A DNA stretch of 54,198 nucleotides from Vicinamibacterales bacterium (GTDB lineage Bacteria; Acidobacteriota; Vicinamibacteria; Vicinamibacterales; CAVVIG01). Position 1 is the first letter of the stretch. The number at the start of each line of letters is the position of its first letter. The stretch lies in the NCBI GenBank assembly GCA_036268855.1, contig DATATJ010000092.1:1-54198 (forward strand), written 5' to 3'. Position numbers and translations under genes: made by a program. Under the pieces are notes generated by a model. That model was not told the DNA's origin. It saw only the letters and a program-made list of their open reading frames with translations, and did no database searches. This document shows positions 16,736 through 26,450 of this stretch, piece after piece.

Positions 16736-17377
16736 TTACGGCTTGAGGGCAACAAGGACGACGTCAACCGCGTGGCTGATGTTGCGGGCGGAATGGCTGG
16801 AACCGCGCGACTCGAATTCCACGTCCCCCGGTTTCCATTTGTTGACGACGGTCTTGCCGTTCGCGGTGTCTTCGATATCGCCGCCCGACAGGTGGACGAC
16901 CACCGTGTCCGAGGCATGTGTGTGGAACCCTTCGCGTGCGTCGACGTCCATGCGCGCGCGCAGAACTGAGACGCGCGCGTTGTCGAAGAGCGGCACGAAG
17001 CTCATGCCGGTAAAAGGCGCGTCACCCGGCTTCGATCCGGACGGAGGAGCAGCCTGGCGCGGAGAGGTGTGTCCCAGCGGTTGGACGATGGCGATCGCTC
17101 CGCCTGGGTTGTCTGCCGTCGTGAACGTCGCGACGTCCTCGAGCCAGAGAGCCTGACCCGCCTTTTCGGTCGGACCGTCTTCGAGCCAGACGACGACGCC
17201 CGGGCCGTGAGCGACGCCGGTGAGCGCACCAGCCGTCGTCCGGTACGCGCGCACGCGCGGATTCCGCAGCGCGACGGTCGCGTGCGCTGCTTCGCGATCG
17301 GTGGTTCGAGGCTGCGCGTGCAGCCCGGCGGCGAATGCGGCGGCGACGAAGGCGACGGCGACGGCAGACATCTTCAT
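16736..17377 (-). CDS. secreted cupin-domain protein
   Basis: MKMSAVAVAFVAAAFAAGLHA signal peptide. The C-terminal part, REGFHTHASDTVVVHLSGGDIEDTANGKTVVNKWKPGDVEFESRGSSHSARN, looks like a cupin. Confidence 0.7.
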   Translation of the reverse strand: MKMSAVAVAFVAAAFAAGLHAQPRTTDREAAHATVALRNPRVRAYRTTAGALTGVAHGPGVVVWLEDGPTEKAGQALWLEDVATFTTADNPGGAIAIVQPLGHTSPRQAAPPSGSKPGDAPFTGMSFVPLFDNARVSVLRARMDVDAREGFHTHASDTVVVHLSGGDIEDTANGKTVVNKWKPGDVEFESRGSSHSARNISHAVDVVLVALKP

Positions 17378-17452
17378 GGCACCCCTCCGATCGGCGGCGC
17401 CATCTTACCTCGGGCACTGGCGGCGCAACGCGCGGACGAGTAGGCTCTGGAC

Positions 17453-18427
17453 ATGGAGTACCGGCGTCTGGGATCGACCGGCCTGAAGGTGTCTCGCCTT
17501 GGGCTCGGATGCGGGAATTTCGGAGGGATCGGCTCGGCGCCAGAGTTTTTCGGAAAGGGCGAGACCGAGGCGCAGGCCTTCGTCCTGATGGATCGCGCGC
17601 TCGACGCCGGCATCAACCTGTTCGACACGGCGAATGCTTACGGCGGCGGCCGCAGCGAGACGTACATCGGGCGGTGGCTCCAGACGAAAGGGTCCGCGGT
17701 CCGGCAGCAGCTGCTTCTCAGCTCGAAAGTGTTCAATCGCGTCGGGCCGGGGCCGAACGATCGCGGCCTGTCGCGGCGGCACATCGTCCAGCAGATCGAC
17801 GAGAGCCTGGCGCGCCTGCGGACCGATCGACTCGATCTGTACCTGATTCATGAGCCCGACCCGGAAACGCCGCTCGACGAGACGCTGGTCGCTCTGGACG
17901 ATCTGGTGCGGATGGGCAAGGTGCTTTATGTCGGCGCGAGCAACATCGAGGCGTGGCGCCTCGGCCGCGGCTTGTGGATCAGTGACGTGCGCAAGCTGGC
18001 TCGCTTCGAGTGGGTCCAGAATTCGTACAGCCTGCTCGATCGGAGCGCCGAGCGCGAACTGTTTCCGCTCTGCAAAGACCAGGGTGTCGGGTTCACGGCG
18101 TTCAGTCCGCTCTCGGGCGGCTGGTTGACCGGGAAGTACCGATCCGCTGATGCGTACCCCGAAGGGTCGCGGATGACGCTTCGGCCGGAGCCGTACCGGC
18201 ACCTTGCGTCCCAGAGAGTGTTCGACGGCCTGGCGTCGCTCGCCGACGAGGCGCGGGCGCGGGGCGTCGAGATGAGCACGCTCGCGATCGCCTGGGTGCT
18301 GCACCATCCGAGAGCCGATGGAGCGATCATCGGCCCCCGCACGGCCGCGCACCTCGATGCCGCGGTGCGCGCCGTCTCGCTGCCGTTAGCGGACGCCGAT
18401 GCCGCGCAGCTGGCGACCCTCTTCTAA
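17453..18427 (+). CDS. aldo/keto reductase
   Basis: MEYRRLGSTGLKVSRLGLGCGNFGG...NLFDTANAYGGGRSETYIGRWL...DLYLIHEPD...YVGASN is canonical AKR. Confidence 0.9.
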   Translation: MEYRRLGSTGLKVSRLGLGCGNFGGIGSAPEFFGKGETEAQAFVLMDRALDAGINLFDTANAYGGGRSETYIGRWLQTKGSAVRQQLLLSSKVFNRVGPGPNDRGLSRRHIVQQIDESLARLRTDRLDLYLIHEPDPETPLDETLVALDDLVRMGKVLYVGASNIEAWRLGRGLWISDVRKLARFEWVQNSYSLLDRSAERELFPLCKDQGVGFTAFSPLSGGWLTGKYRSADAYPEGSRMTLRPEPYRHLASQRVFDGLASLADEARARGVEMSTLAIAWVLHHPRADGAIIGPRTAAHLDAAVRAVSLPLADADAAQLATLF

Positions 18428-18439
18428 TCGTCGCGGGCT

Positions 18440-19354
18440 ATGATGCTGGTCATGACCGACGAACGCTGGCCAGCCCTGCGGTACGACGGGTGGAAAGACA
18501 CTTACGCGACACTTCAGATGTGGTCGCAGATCGTCGGCAAGGTCGCGCTCGCGCAGGCGCCGCCCATTAATCACAGCTGGGCGGTCGCCCTGCATGTGAC
18601 GGCGCGAGGTCTGGTGACGCGGAACCTGCCTCACGGCCGGCGCGCGTTCACGATGGAGTTCGACTTCGTCGATCACCAACTGGTGATCCGCACGTCTGAC
18701 GGCGAGCGCCAGGAACTGCCGCTCCGGCCGATCACGGTGGCCGATTTCTATCGCGACGTGATGGCCACACTGGCCCGGATGCGGTTGCCGGTGAAGATCT
18801 GGCCGATGCCGGTGGAGATCCCGTCGCCGATCCGCTTCGACCAGGACACGGTGCATCACTCCTACGATCCCGAGATGGCGAATCGGTTCTGGCGGATTCT
18901 CGTCCAGCTCGAACGGATCTTCACCCAATGCCGATGCGGGTTCGTCGGCAAATGCAGTCCGGCGCACTTTTTCTGGGGCGGCTTCGACCTGGCGGTGACG
19001 CGGTTTTCGGGCCGCCCGGCGCCGCCGCGCGAGGGGCCCGCCTTCATGAGCGAAGCGTACTCGCACGAGGTGATCAGCCACGGCTTCTGGCCTGGCAGCG
19101 GACCGCTTCTCGAACCGACGTTCTACGCGTACGCCGTGCCGGAACCTGCGGGGTTGAAGGAGGCGCGCATTCGGCCCGAGGCGGCGTACTACCATCGCGA
19201 GCTGAACGAATTCGTCCTGCCGTACGAGGCCGTCCGAACCGCGGCATCGCCCGAGCAGGCGATCGCGGCGTTCATGGACAGCACCTACGATAGTGCGGGG
19301 ACGCTCGGCGGGTGGGACCGCGCGTCACTCGATCGCCACGTGGCGCCGAAGTAG
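18440..19354 (+). CDS. DUF5996-family protein
   Basis: WPALRYDGWKDTYATLQMWSQIVGKVALAQAPPINHSWAVALHVTARGL matches my recollection of DUF5996 proteins. Confidence 0.7.
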   Translation: MMLVMTDERWPALRYDGWKDTYATLQMWSQIVGKVALAQAPPINHSWAVALHVTARGLVTRNLPHGRRAFTMEFDFVDHQLVIRTSDGERQELPLRPITVADFYRDVMATLARMRLPVKIWPMPVEIPSPIRFDQDTVHHSYDPEMANRFWRILVQLERIFTQCRCGFVGKCSPAHFFWGGFDLAVTRFSGRPAPPREGPAFMSEAYSHEVISHGFWPGSGPLLEPTFYAYAVPEPAGLKEARIRPEAAYYHRELNEFVLPYEAVRTAASPEQAIAAFMDSTYDSAGTLGGWDRASLDRHVAPK

Positions 19355-19371
19355 CGGCGCCATCGCGCGCG

Positions 19372-21075
19372 TCACTGCTGGCGCAGCTGATGCACGAATG
19401 CGACGACGATGGAGCCCTCGCCCACTGCCGCCGCAACGCGCTTCGTGTTGCCGGCGCGCACGTCCCCGGTGGCGAAGACGCCCGGCAGCGTCGTCTCCAG
19501 CAGATACGGCGCCCGCGTCAGCGGCCAGCGCGCCGCGTGCAGGTCGTCGGGCGACAACGCCGGTCCCGTCTTGATGAAGCCCTTTTCGTCGAGCGCCACA
19601 CAGCGGTTGAGCCATTCCGTGTTGGGTACCGCACCGGTCATCATGAACAGATGGCGGATCGGATGCGTCTCTCCCGCGCCAGTCTGGTTGTTGCGCCAGA
19701 CGACGCGCTCGACGTGGTCCGTGCCCTCGATCGCCGCGACTTCGGTGTGCGTGTGCACTGTAATCGTCGAGCACTCTTCGATGCGCCGAATGAGATAGCG
19801 CGACATGCTCGCCGCCAGCCCGCCGGATCGCACGAGCATGTGAACGCATTTCGCGGTCTTCGACAGGAACACGGCCGCCTGGCCGGCCGAATTGCCGCCG
19901 CCGACCACAATCACGTTGTCGCCGCCGCACCATTGGGCCTCGATGAACGTCGCGCCGTAGTACACGCCCATTCCTTCGAAGGCCGCGAGATTCGCCAGCG
20001 GCAGCCGGCGATATTGTGCACCGGTCGCGATGATGACGGCGCGCGCCGAGATCCGCGTGCCGTCGTTGATCTCGAGGACGTACGGCTCGCGATCGCACGC
20101 CAGGCGCGTCGCCGCCTTCGCGACAATCATGTGCGCGCCGAACTTCTGTGCCTGCACGTAGGCGCGAGCGGCGAGATCCTGACCCGAGATGCCGGTCGGA
20201 AAGCCGAGATAGTTCTCGATCTTCGAGCTCGAGCCGGCCTGGCCGCCCGGCGCGTTCACTTCGAGCACCACGACGTCGAGCCCTTCCGACGCGCCGTAAA
20301 CGGCCGCGCCCAGACCCGACGGTCCTGCGCCGACGATGACGAGATCGCGGACGTGATTCCCCACGATCGGCTCATTGAGCTTGAGCCGGTCGGCGATCTC
20401 CTCGTTGCTGGGATTCTTGAGGACGATCGCCCCGCCCAAAATGACGATCGGCACGGCATCGGCCGTGACGTGAAAATGATCGAGCATCAACTGGACCCCG
20501 GTGTCGTGCTCGAGGTCCACGTACGCATGCGGGTGCGCGTTGCGCGTGAGGAACTCCTTGATGCGCAGCGTGCCCGCGGAATGGTTCGAGCCGATGAGGA
20601 CGACATCGCCCATGCCGCGCGCGATCATCTCCACGCGGCGGAGGATGAACGCCCGCAGCAGGAGGTCGCCGATCTCGCTGTCGGTCTGGACCATCGCCAG
20701 CAGACGTTCCTGTTCGACCTCCACGACGTCCCCGGCGCGTGTGGCGCGGATGCGGACGAACCCGGGCCGGCCGGAGAGCATGCTGACCTCGCCGGTGAAC
20801 TGCCCGGGCCCGAGCGTCCCGATCACCGCCTCGCCTCGTCCCGACGGGATCAGGATCTCCAGTTCGCCGCTCGTCACGATGAAGAAGTGGCGGTTCAGAT
20901 CCCCTCGTTCGACGAGCACCTCGCTCGCCGCCACAGGCCGGCGGCGGCCGCGGGCGCTCATGCGCGCGACCTGATCGTCCGCCAGCCGCGGAAACATGTG
21001 CTCGTCGCGAACCGGATCGCCCGAGCGAAGTTGGGGGTTGGTGTCTGTCATAGTGGCGCGGTTCCGCTTTCTCAA
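19372..21075 (-). CDS. cyclic-nucleotide-binding domain fused to thioredoxin-reductase-like FAD/NAD(P) oxidoreductase
   Basis: The N-terminus has a cNMP-binding fold (FFIVTSGELEILIPSG...GQFTGEVSMLSGRP). Next come DLVIVGAGPSGLGAAVYGASEGL (FAD) and VIVVGGGNSAGQAAVFL (NADPH), with C-terminal GVFATGDVR. Confidence 0.85.
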   Translation of the reverse strand: MRKRNRATMTDTNPQLRSGDPVRDEHMFPRLADDQVARMSARGRRRPVAASEVLVERGDLNRHFFIVTSGELEILIPSGRGEAVIGTLGPGQFTGEVSMLSGRPGFVRIRATRAGDVVEVEQERLLAMVQTDSEIGDLLLRAFILRRVEMIARGMGDVVLIGSNHSAGTLRIKEFLTRNAHPHAYVDLEHDTGVQLMLDHFHVTADAVPIVILGGAIVLKNPSNEEIADRLKLNEPIVGNHVRDLVIVGAGPSGLGAAVYGASEGLDVVVLEVNAPGGQAGSSSKIENYLGFPTGISGQDLAARAYVQAQKFGAHMIVAKAATRLACDREPYVLEINDGTRISARAVIIATGAQYRRLPLANLAAFEGMGVYYGATFIEAQWCGGDNVIVVGGGNSAGQAAVFLSKTAKCVHMLVRSGGLAASMSRYLIRRIEECSTITVHTHTEVAAIEGTDHVERVVWRNNQTGAGETHPIRHLFMMTGAVPNTEWLNRCVALDEKGFIKTGPALSPDDLHAARWPLTRAPYLLETTLPGVFATGDVRAGNTKRVAAAVGEGSIVVAFVHQLRQQ

Positions 21076-21166
21076 AAAGGCCGAGGCTTCATCTTACCCT
21101 CGACGATCACGCTGGTTGCAGCGCAAGGAACGGAGTGTCGCACGACGTGCCGGCTGATACCCTCGT

Positions 21167-21958
21167 TTGACGGCCGCCACCGTGTGCGGCCTGTTGACGC
21201 GATGGATGGGCATTGTGAACACAGTCATCAGACCGATCAACACCAGCGCCGCCGACATCGCCCGTCGCATCGCCGCCTACAGCTGGACGGGCGTGTCGGA
21301 AGACCTCGACCTTCGCGGCTGGGCCATGCTGCCAGGTCTGTTGACGGCCGGCGAATGCGCCGCCATCGCTGCGCTCTATGGAGACGACGAGGCATTCCGG
21401 AGCCGGATCGTGATGGCCCGCCACGGTTTTGGACGAGGCGAGTACAAGTATTTCGCCGATCCATTGCCTGAGATCGTCGCCGCCCTGCGGACGGAGCTGT
21501 TCCCGCAACTGGCGCCCATCGCGAACCGCTGGAACGAGTCGATGCGCATCGACGTGCGCTACCCGGATATCCACGCGGAGTTCATCGAGAGATGCCACGC
21601 GGCGGGCCAGATCCGGCCGACGCCGCTGCTGTTGCAGTACCGCGAAGGAGACTTCAATGCGCTGCATCAAGATGTTTACGGCGACCACGTCTTTCCGTTG
21701 CAGACGGCCGTCCTGTTGTCGGAGCCGGGAACAGATTTCACGGGCGGCGAGTTCGTGCTCGTCGAGCAGCGGCCGCGCATGCAGTCGTGCGCCGACGTCG
21801 TGCCGCTGCATCGCGGAGATGGGGTGGTATTCGCGGTACGGCATCGTCCGGTCCGCGGGACACGCGGCGTGTACCGGACCAACTTGCGGCACGGCGTGAG
21901 CCGGCTGCGCTCCGGCAGCCGCCATACTCTGGGAGTGATTTTTCACGACGCGAAGTAA
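21167..21958 (+). CDS. 2OG-Fe(II) oxygenase-family protein
   Basis: ...LLLQYREGDFNALHQDVYGDHVFPLQTAVLLSEPGTDFTGGEFVLVEQRPR...RHGVSRLRSGSRHTLGVIFHDA carries an HxD...H...R facial-triad pattern. The start could instead be at 21206. Confidence 0.7.
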   Translation: MTAATVCGLLTRWMGIVNTVIRPINTSAADIARRIAAYSWTGVSEDLDLRGWAMLPGLLTAGECAAIAALYGDDEAFRSRIVMARHGFGRGEYKYFADPLPEIVAALRTELFPQLAPIANRWNESMRIDVRYPDIHAEFIERCHAAGQIRPTPLLLQYREGDFNALHQDVYGDHVFPLQTAVLLSEPGTDFTGGEFVLVEQRPRMQSCADVVPLHRGDGVVFAVRHRPVRGTRGVYRTNLRHGVSRLRSGSRHTLGVIFHDAK

Positions 21959-21971
21959 CCGCGCCGATCTC

Positions 21972-24083
21972 TCAGCTGACCACCTGTTCGCGCGCTGACT
22001 GCTCGCTGATCGAGGCGACGACCTTGGCGATGGTGTCCAGCTCGACCGGCTTCCGGAGGTGCAAGGCGAACCCCGCGCGTCGCGTGCGCTCGAGGTCGGC
22101 AGGCGTCGCGTGGGCGGTGAGCGCCACGGCTGGAATCACGCCGACACCCGGCGCGCGGCCCGCACGGAGGCGTTCGTAGAACGAAACTCCGTCCTCGTCG
22201 GCCAGCGCAAGATCGACCAGCATCACGGTCGGCGCCCACGTCTGCAGCAGAGCGTCGGCTTCGGTCGTGGACGCCACCACCTTCACGTCGGCGCCGCACG
22301 ACGCGAGGAACTCGTTCAGCAGATCGCGCGCATCCTGTTCGTCGTCGATCACCAGAACCCGCACGCCCGCTAACCGCGGCGTCGCGATGGCGCGCGGCGG
22401 CCGCTCACGCTCGTCGAGGCTTCGGCGCCGCTCTGACGGCACGCCCGCGGCCGCCAGCCTGAAGGGGAGCGTCACCGTAAACGTGGCGCCCAGGCCCAAA
22501 CCGGGGCTCGAGGCGGCAATGGTCCCGCCGTGCAGCTCGACCACGTGCCTGGCGATCGCCAGTCCTAATCCGAGGCCGCCGAATGCGCGCGTGTATGTCG
22601 CGTCGGCCTGGCGGAACGGCGCAAAGACGAACGGCAGGAAATCGCGCGCGATGCCGATGCCCGTGTCGCGGACGATGATCGTGATCGCGGCGTCGGTTCT
22701 CGTCACCGCCACGCCGACACACCCTCCGGCCGGCGTGAACTTCACCGCGTTCGAGAGCAGGTTCCAGACCACCTGGTTGAGACGCGTGCCGTCAGCGAGG
22801 ACAGGCGCGAGCGCAGGCGGCGCGTCGACGGCGACTGTCACGCCCTTCGCGTCGGCGGCCGGCGCCGTGACCTCGATTGCGCTCCTGATGACCTCTTCGA
22901 GATCCGTATCGGCGAGCTCCAGACGCACTTTGCCGGAGATGATCCGCGAGACGTCCAGGAGATCCTCGATCAGGAGTGACTGACGCTTCGCATTCGCCGC
23001 GATGGTGACCAGCGCGTGGTTGACGCGCTCGGGCCTGAGGTGACCGCGCAGCAGCATCTCCGCCCAACCCATGATGGCGTTGAGCGGCGTTCTCAACTCG
23101 TGCGAGACCGTCGCGAGGAACTCATCTTTGAGACGATTGGCGTCTTCGGCCAGCGTCCGCTGTTTTTTCTCCGCGTCGAACGCCAGGCGCTGGGCATGAA
23201 TGTCCATGCAGATGCCGACCATCCGCGCGGGCTGACCCGACGGACCGAAGTCCGCCTGCCCCTGCCCGCGAACCCAGCGTGTCTCGCCGTCGGGCCGTAC
23301 GATCCGGTACTCCATTTCGAGCGGCGTGCCCGCTTGAATCGCCGTCGAGATGGACGTGAGCACATGAGCACGGTCTTCAGGATGGACGTCCTCCAGGTAG
23401 GCTTCGAACGTGCCGCCAAAGCTGCCGTCGGGGAGGCCGTGGATCGATTCGACACCCGTCCAGACGATCGCGCCGGTCGCCAACTCGTACTCCCACGTGC
23501 CGATCTGAGCCGCCTGCATCGCGAGCCGGCGCCGCTTCTCGCTGGCGCGCAACGCATCTTCGGTCGCTTTCATCCCGGTGATGTCGCGCGTGAAGCATCG
23601 CGTATGGACGAACTGCTCGTTCTCCCAATGCACGTTCGACGTGATGACGACGTGCTTGATCGAGCCGTCCTTCGCACGCAGCGACGCGGGATGATCGTGA
23701 AGCGTTTCGTGGCGGCTCAGACGATCGAGGATGTCGGTGATGGCGGCCTGATCGGCGTGGAACTCGCAGATATGGCGGCCGACGTAGTCGTCGTATTCGT
23801 AGCCGAGGAGCGTCAGCTCCGTACGATTCGCCCAGACGATCGTGCCGTCGCGATCGACCCAGTGAAGGCCTACCGCGCCGTTGTCCAGGAAATCGGTGAG
23901 CCGATCGACCTCTTCGCGCAGTTCGCGAATCAGCGCGAGCGCTTCTTCCAGCGAGCGCAGTTCGCCGCCAGACGCCATCGGGCGATTGTATCCGACGGCG
24001 CGAATGGCAGGCCGTGGAACAGCAGAGCTTCGGCCTCCGGCAGTCGCTGGCTCGCGTGGCAGGACGTTTGCTCGTTCCTTCAT
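21972..24083 (-). CDS. hybrid sensor histidine kinase/response regulator with PAS domains
   Basis: PAS repeats, H-box SHELRTPLNAIMGW, an HATPase region (VRDTGIGI...GGLGLGLAI) and a C-terminal receiver (VLVIDDEQDARDLL...MLVDLALADEDG...LRKP). The start is ambiguous among 24149, 24083 and 23978. Confidence 0.85.
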   Translation of the reverse strand: MKERANVLPREPATAGGRSSAVPRPAIRAVGYNRPMASGGELRSLEEALALIRELREEVDRLTDFLDNGAVGLHWVDRDGTIVWANRTELTLLGYEYDDYVGRHICEFHADQAAITDILDRLSRHETLHDHPASLRAKDGSIKHVVITSNVHWENEQFVHTRCFTRDITGMKATEDALRASEKRRRLAMQAAQIGTWEYELATGAIVWTGVESIHGLPDGSFGGTFEAYLEDVHPEDRAHVLTSISTAIQAGTPLEMEYRIVRPDGETRWVRGQGQADFGPSGQPARMVGICMDIHAQRLAFDAEKKQRTLAEDANRLKDEFLATVSHELRTPLNAIMGWAEMLLRGHLRPERVNHALVTIAANAKRQSLLIEDLLDVSRIISGKVRLELADTDLEEVIRSAIEVTAPAADAKGVTVAVDAPPALAPVLADGTRLNQVVWNLLSNAVKFTPAGGCVGVAVTRTDAAITIIVRDTGIGIARDFLPFVFAPFRQADATYTRAFGGLGLGLAIARHVVELHGGTIAASSPGLGLGATFTVTLPFRLAAAGVPSERRRSLDERERPPRAIATPRLAGVRVLVIDDEQDARDLLNEFLASCGADVKVVASTTEADALLQTWAPTVMLVDLALADEDGVSFYERLRAGRAPGVGVIPAVALTAHATPADLERTRRAGFALHLRKPVELDTIAKVVASISEQSAREQVVS

Positions 24084-24506
24084 AAAATGTCTTGGACGAC
24101 GTACGTCGCGGCGTGGGTGGGACGGTCGGTCGGCCGATGGCAGCGGCACCGGCTCTCACAGCGCGACGACGCGTACGTCCGCCAGTGGAAAGTGGCATGG
24201 GGTTGCGGGCGTGATGCGCGTTGGGCCGGCTTGGCTCAAGAGGCCGTGCCGTTTCGGCGGCAGTGGCAGCGTCAGGCGTGGATCGCCGGATGGCTGTGGG
24301 CCAGCACACAACCAGACCGGCGGAATCCGCTTCGGCCCGATCGACGCACTCAATCGCGCGGCCGTCCGCCACGACGCGCGCGTGATGCGGCAGCCGACCG
24401 CGGCTCGAACGCCGACGACGCGGTGGCCTGACGCCGAGTGGGCGTCAGCGCCGAACGCGCGGCCCCCGCGCTTAGCTCTGCCGTATTTGACGCGCGTGTA
24501 ATTTCT

Positions 24507-24719
24507 CTATAACGAATCCGGACGCGTCGAGCTGTCGACACTCGTGGCGCGCTGCCGATTCTTCCCGGCCAAGCCGCCCTTCCGGCCAGCGGCGCGCGCT
24601 TCCTCCGGCGTCCATTCGTGCGCCGTTCCCTTGTCGTGCGCGGCCTTTCCGCCCTTGCGGGCGATTTCCCGCTGTTTGTCCTTGTTCATCGACGCGAACC
24701 CGCGATCTTCGATGGCCAT
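24507..24719 (-). CDS. KGG-repeat general stress protein
   Basis: MAIEDRGFASMNKDKQREIARKGGKAAHDKGTAHEWTPEEARAAGRKGGLAG contains repeated KGG stress-induced motifs. Confidence 0.75.
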   Translation of the reverse strand: MAIEDRGFASMNKDKQREIARKGGKAAHDKGTAHEWTPEEARAAGRKGGLAGKNRQRATSVDSSTRPDSL

Positions 24720-24777
24720 GCCGTGCCCCCTCTAGGGCCACGAGGAGTGCACGGCGGGTGCCACGATCGACGCGTGG

Positions 24778-25920
24778 CTACGGCGTGAAGTCGCGGACGC
24801 GATCGACCGTCGGTCCATCGAGCTTCTGGAGCACCGCGACGAGCAGATCGACCATCTGATCGAAGTCGCGTCGATTCATGATGCCGTTGTGCGCGTGCGT
24901 ATACCGGATCGGCACGACGAGGTTCACGGTGGGCACGCCGCCGTTACTGCGCTGGATCGCCGCGGAGTCGTCGCCGTACCCCTGCACGAGGTCGGTCTGC
25001 AGCGGCAGTGTCTTTTCTGCGGCCGTGCGCGTCACCAGCGCCACCAGCTTCCGGTTGGGCAGTGCCGACGAGTCGTACAGGAAGATGCCAGGTCCCGCGC
25101 CCAGTTTGCCCTGCGTCTCTTCCGCGTGTCCGCCGAACACGTCACCGGTGATCCCGCCCTCGATCGCGATCGCCACAGCCGGCTTCACCGCCGCCGCCGC
25201 GGTCTCGGCGCCGCGCAAGCCGACTTCCTCCTGCGTCGTGATCGTCCAGAGAATCTGATTCGCGTGCGGCAGCGTGCTCAGCCGCCGCATCGCCTCGATC
25301 ACCACGCCACATCCCACGCGGTCGTCCCACGCCTTCGCGAGGTAATTGCCCGTTCCGTTCATCACGGTGAAGGGCGCGTCGGGCACTACCGGATCGCCAG
25401 GGCCGATGCCCATCGCCGCGACCTCCGCTTCCGAGGCGGCGCCGACGTCGAGGAACAGGCTGTCGCGCGGAAACACGCGCGTCCGCTCTTCGGGCGGGAC
25501 GACGTGGACGTCGCGAATGCCGGTGACCGCGCGCACCGGCCCTTTTGAGCCGACGATGATCCAGCGCTGATCGACCAGCGCCTGATCCAGCCAGCCGCCG
25601 AGCATCTGCATCGTGAGCAGGCCGCGCGGTGTGACGCGGCGGACGACGCCGCCGAGCTCGTCCATGTGCGCGTCGACCATCACGCGCGGGCCCTGCGTGC
25701 CCTGGGTCGCGATGATGGACCCGAGGCCATCGAAGGTGAGAGAGCCGGCCAGCGGCTTCATCGCGTTCACCATCACCTGGCGAATCGGCTCCTCGAATCC
25801 GGGCGGCCCGGCGGCGTCGGTGAGCTGCTGGAGCAGCGTGACGGTGCGGTCTTGAGCGCCGGCGAGTCGCGCCAGCGCGAGTGCGAACAGAGCGAGCGGC
25901 AGCAGGCGGCGGTGCAGCAT
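24778..25920 (-). CDS. M42-family (FrvX-like) metallo-aminopeptidase with signal peptide
   Basis: MLHRRLLPLALFALALARLAGA signal peptide, and VDAHMDELGGVV (HxDE motif) with M42-like architecture. Confidence 0.75.
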   Translation of the reverse strand: MLHRRLLPLALFALALARLAGAQDRTVTLLQQLTDAAGPPGFEEPIRQVMVNAMKPLAGSLTFDGLGSIIATQGTQGPRVMVDAHMDELGGVVRRVTPRGLLTMQMLGGWLDQALVDQRWIIVGSKGPVRAVTGIRDVHVVPPEERTRVFPRDSLFLDVGAASEAEVAAMGIGPGDPVVPDAPFTVMNGTGNYLAKAWDDRVGCGVVIEAMRRLSTLPHANQILWTITTQEEVGLRGAETAAAAVKPAVAIAIEGGITGDVFGGHAEETQGKLGAGPGIFLYDSSALPNRKLVALVTRTAAEKTLPLQTDLVQGYGDDSAAIQRSNGGVPTVNLVVPIRYTHAHNGIMNRRDFDQMVDLLVAVLQKLDGPTVDRVRDFTP

Positions 25921-25984
25921 GGCGGCAAGAATACCGCGGAATCGGCGCGGCGCGGCAGGCTCTCGCGGGCTCCCGCAGGCGGTG

Positions 25985-26040
25985 TTGACACGCCGTCCGT
26001 CCTATGCTATTTCTCTAGCAGACGTGTTATAAAAATAGCA
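25985..26040 (+). promoter_or_regulatory. candidate promoter and inverted-repeat operator of the blaI-like/blaR1-like operon
   Basis: TTGACA (25985-25990), a 17-nt spacer, then TATTTC. An 8-bp inverted repeat TGCTATTT (26005-12) / AAATAGCA (26033-40) sits in an unusually AT-rich stretch just upstream of ATG 26058. Confidence 0.4.
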
Positions 26041-26057
26041 CACGCTGATTACACACC

Positions 26058-26450
26058 ATGGCCAAACCGCTGCATGTGACCCTCAGCCGCCGCGAGCGGC
26101 AGATCATGGACATCCTGTACCGGCGCGGGCGCGCGACGGCGAGCGAGGTGATGCAGGACCTGCCCGGACAATCGAGCTACTCGACCGTCCGGACGCAGCT
26201 GCGCGTGCTCGAGGAGAAGGGACACGTCCACCATGAAGAACTGGGGCTGCGCTACATCTACGAGCCGGCGGTGCCGCGGCACACGGCGCGCAAGTCGGCG
26301 CTACGCCACCTCGTGGACACGTTCTTCGACGGCTCGACGGAAAAGACGGTCGCCGCGCTGCTGGGCGGCGAGAGCGCGCGCGTCACCGACGAGGAGCTCG
26401 AACGCATCGCCGACCTGATCAAGAAAGCGCGAAAGGAGGGACCGCGATGA
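26058..26450 (+). CDS. BlaI/MecI/CopY-family transcriptional repressor
   Basis: LSRRERQIMDILYRRGRATASEVMQDLPGQSSYSTVRTQLRVLEEKGHV is the penicillinase-repressor wHTH. Confidence 0.9.
   Translation: MAKPLHVTLSRRERQIMDILYRRGRATASEVMQDLPGQSSYSTVRTQLRVLEEKGHVHHEELGLRYIYEPAVPRHTARKSALRHLVDTFFDGSTEKTVAALLGGESARVTDEELERIADLIKKARKEGPR

Noticed and set aside
19312-21471. 719-aa plus-strand ORF
   Set aside because: It is antisense to the cNMP-binding TrxR-like gene and runs into the 2OG oxygenase out of frame. It has shadow-ORF composition and no recognisable domain.
23016-24431. 471-aa plus-strand ORF
   Set aside because: It is antisense to the PAS/HisKA part of the hybrid histidine kinase and has shadow composition.
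24428-24448. Perfect 8-bp hairpin CTGACGCC-GAGTG-GGCGTCAG downstream of the KGG stress gene, as an intrinsic terminator
   Set aside because: No U-tract follows on the relevant (minus) strand and it lies about 60 nt beyond the stop codon. It may still be a stability element, but this cannot be supported.
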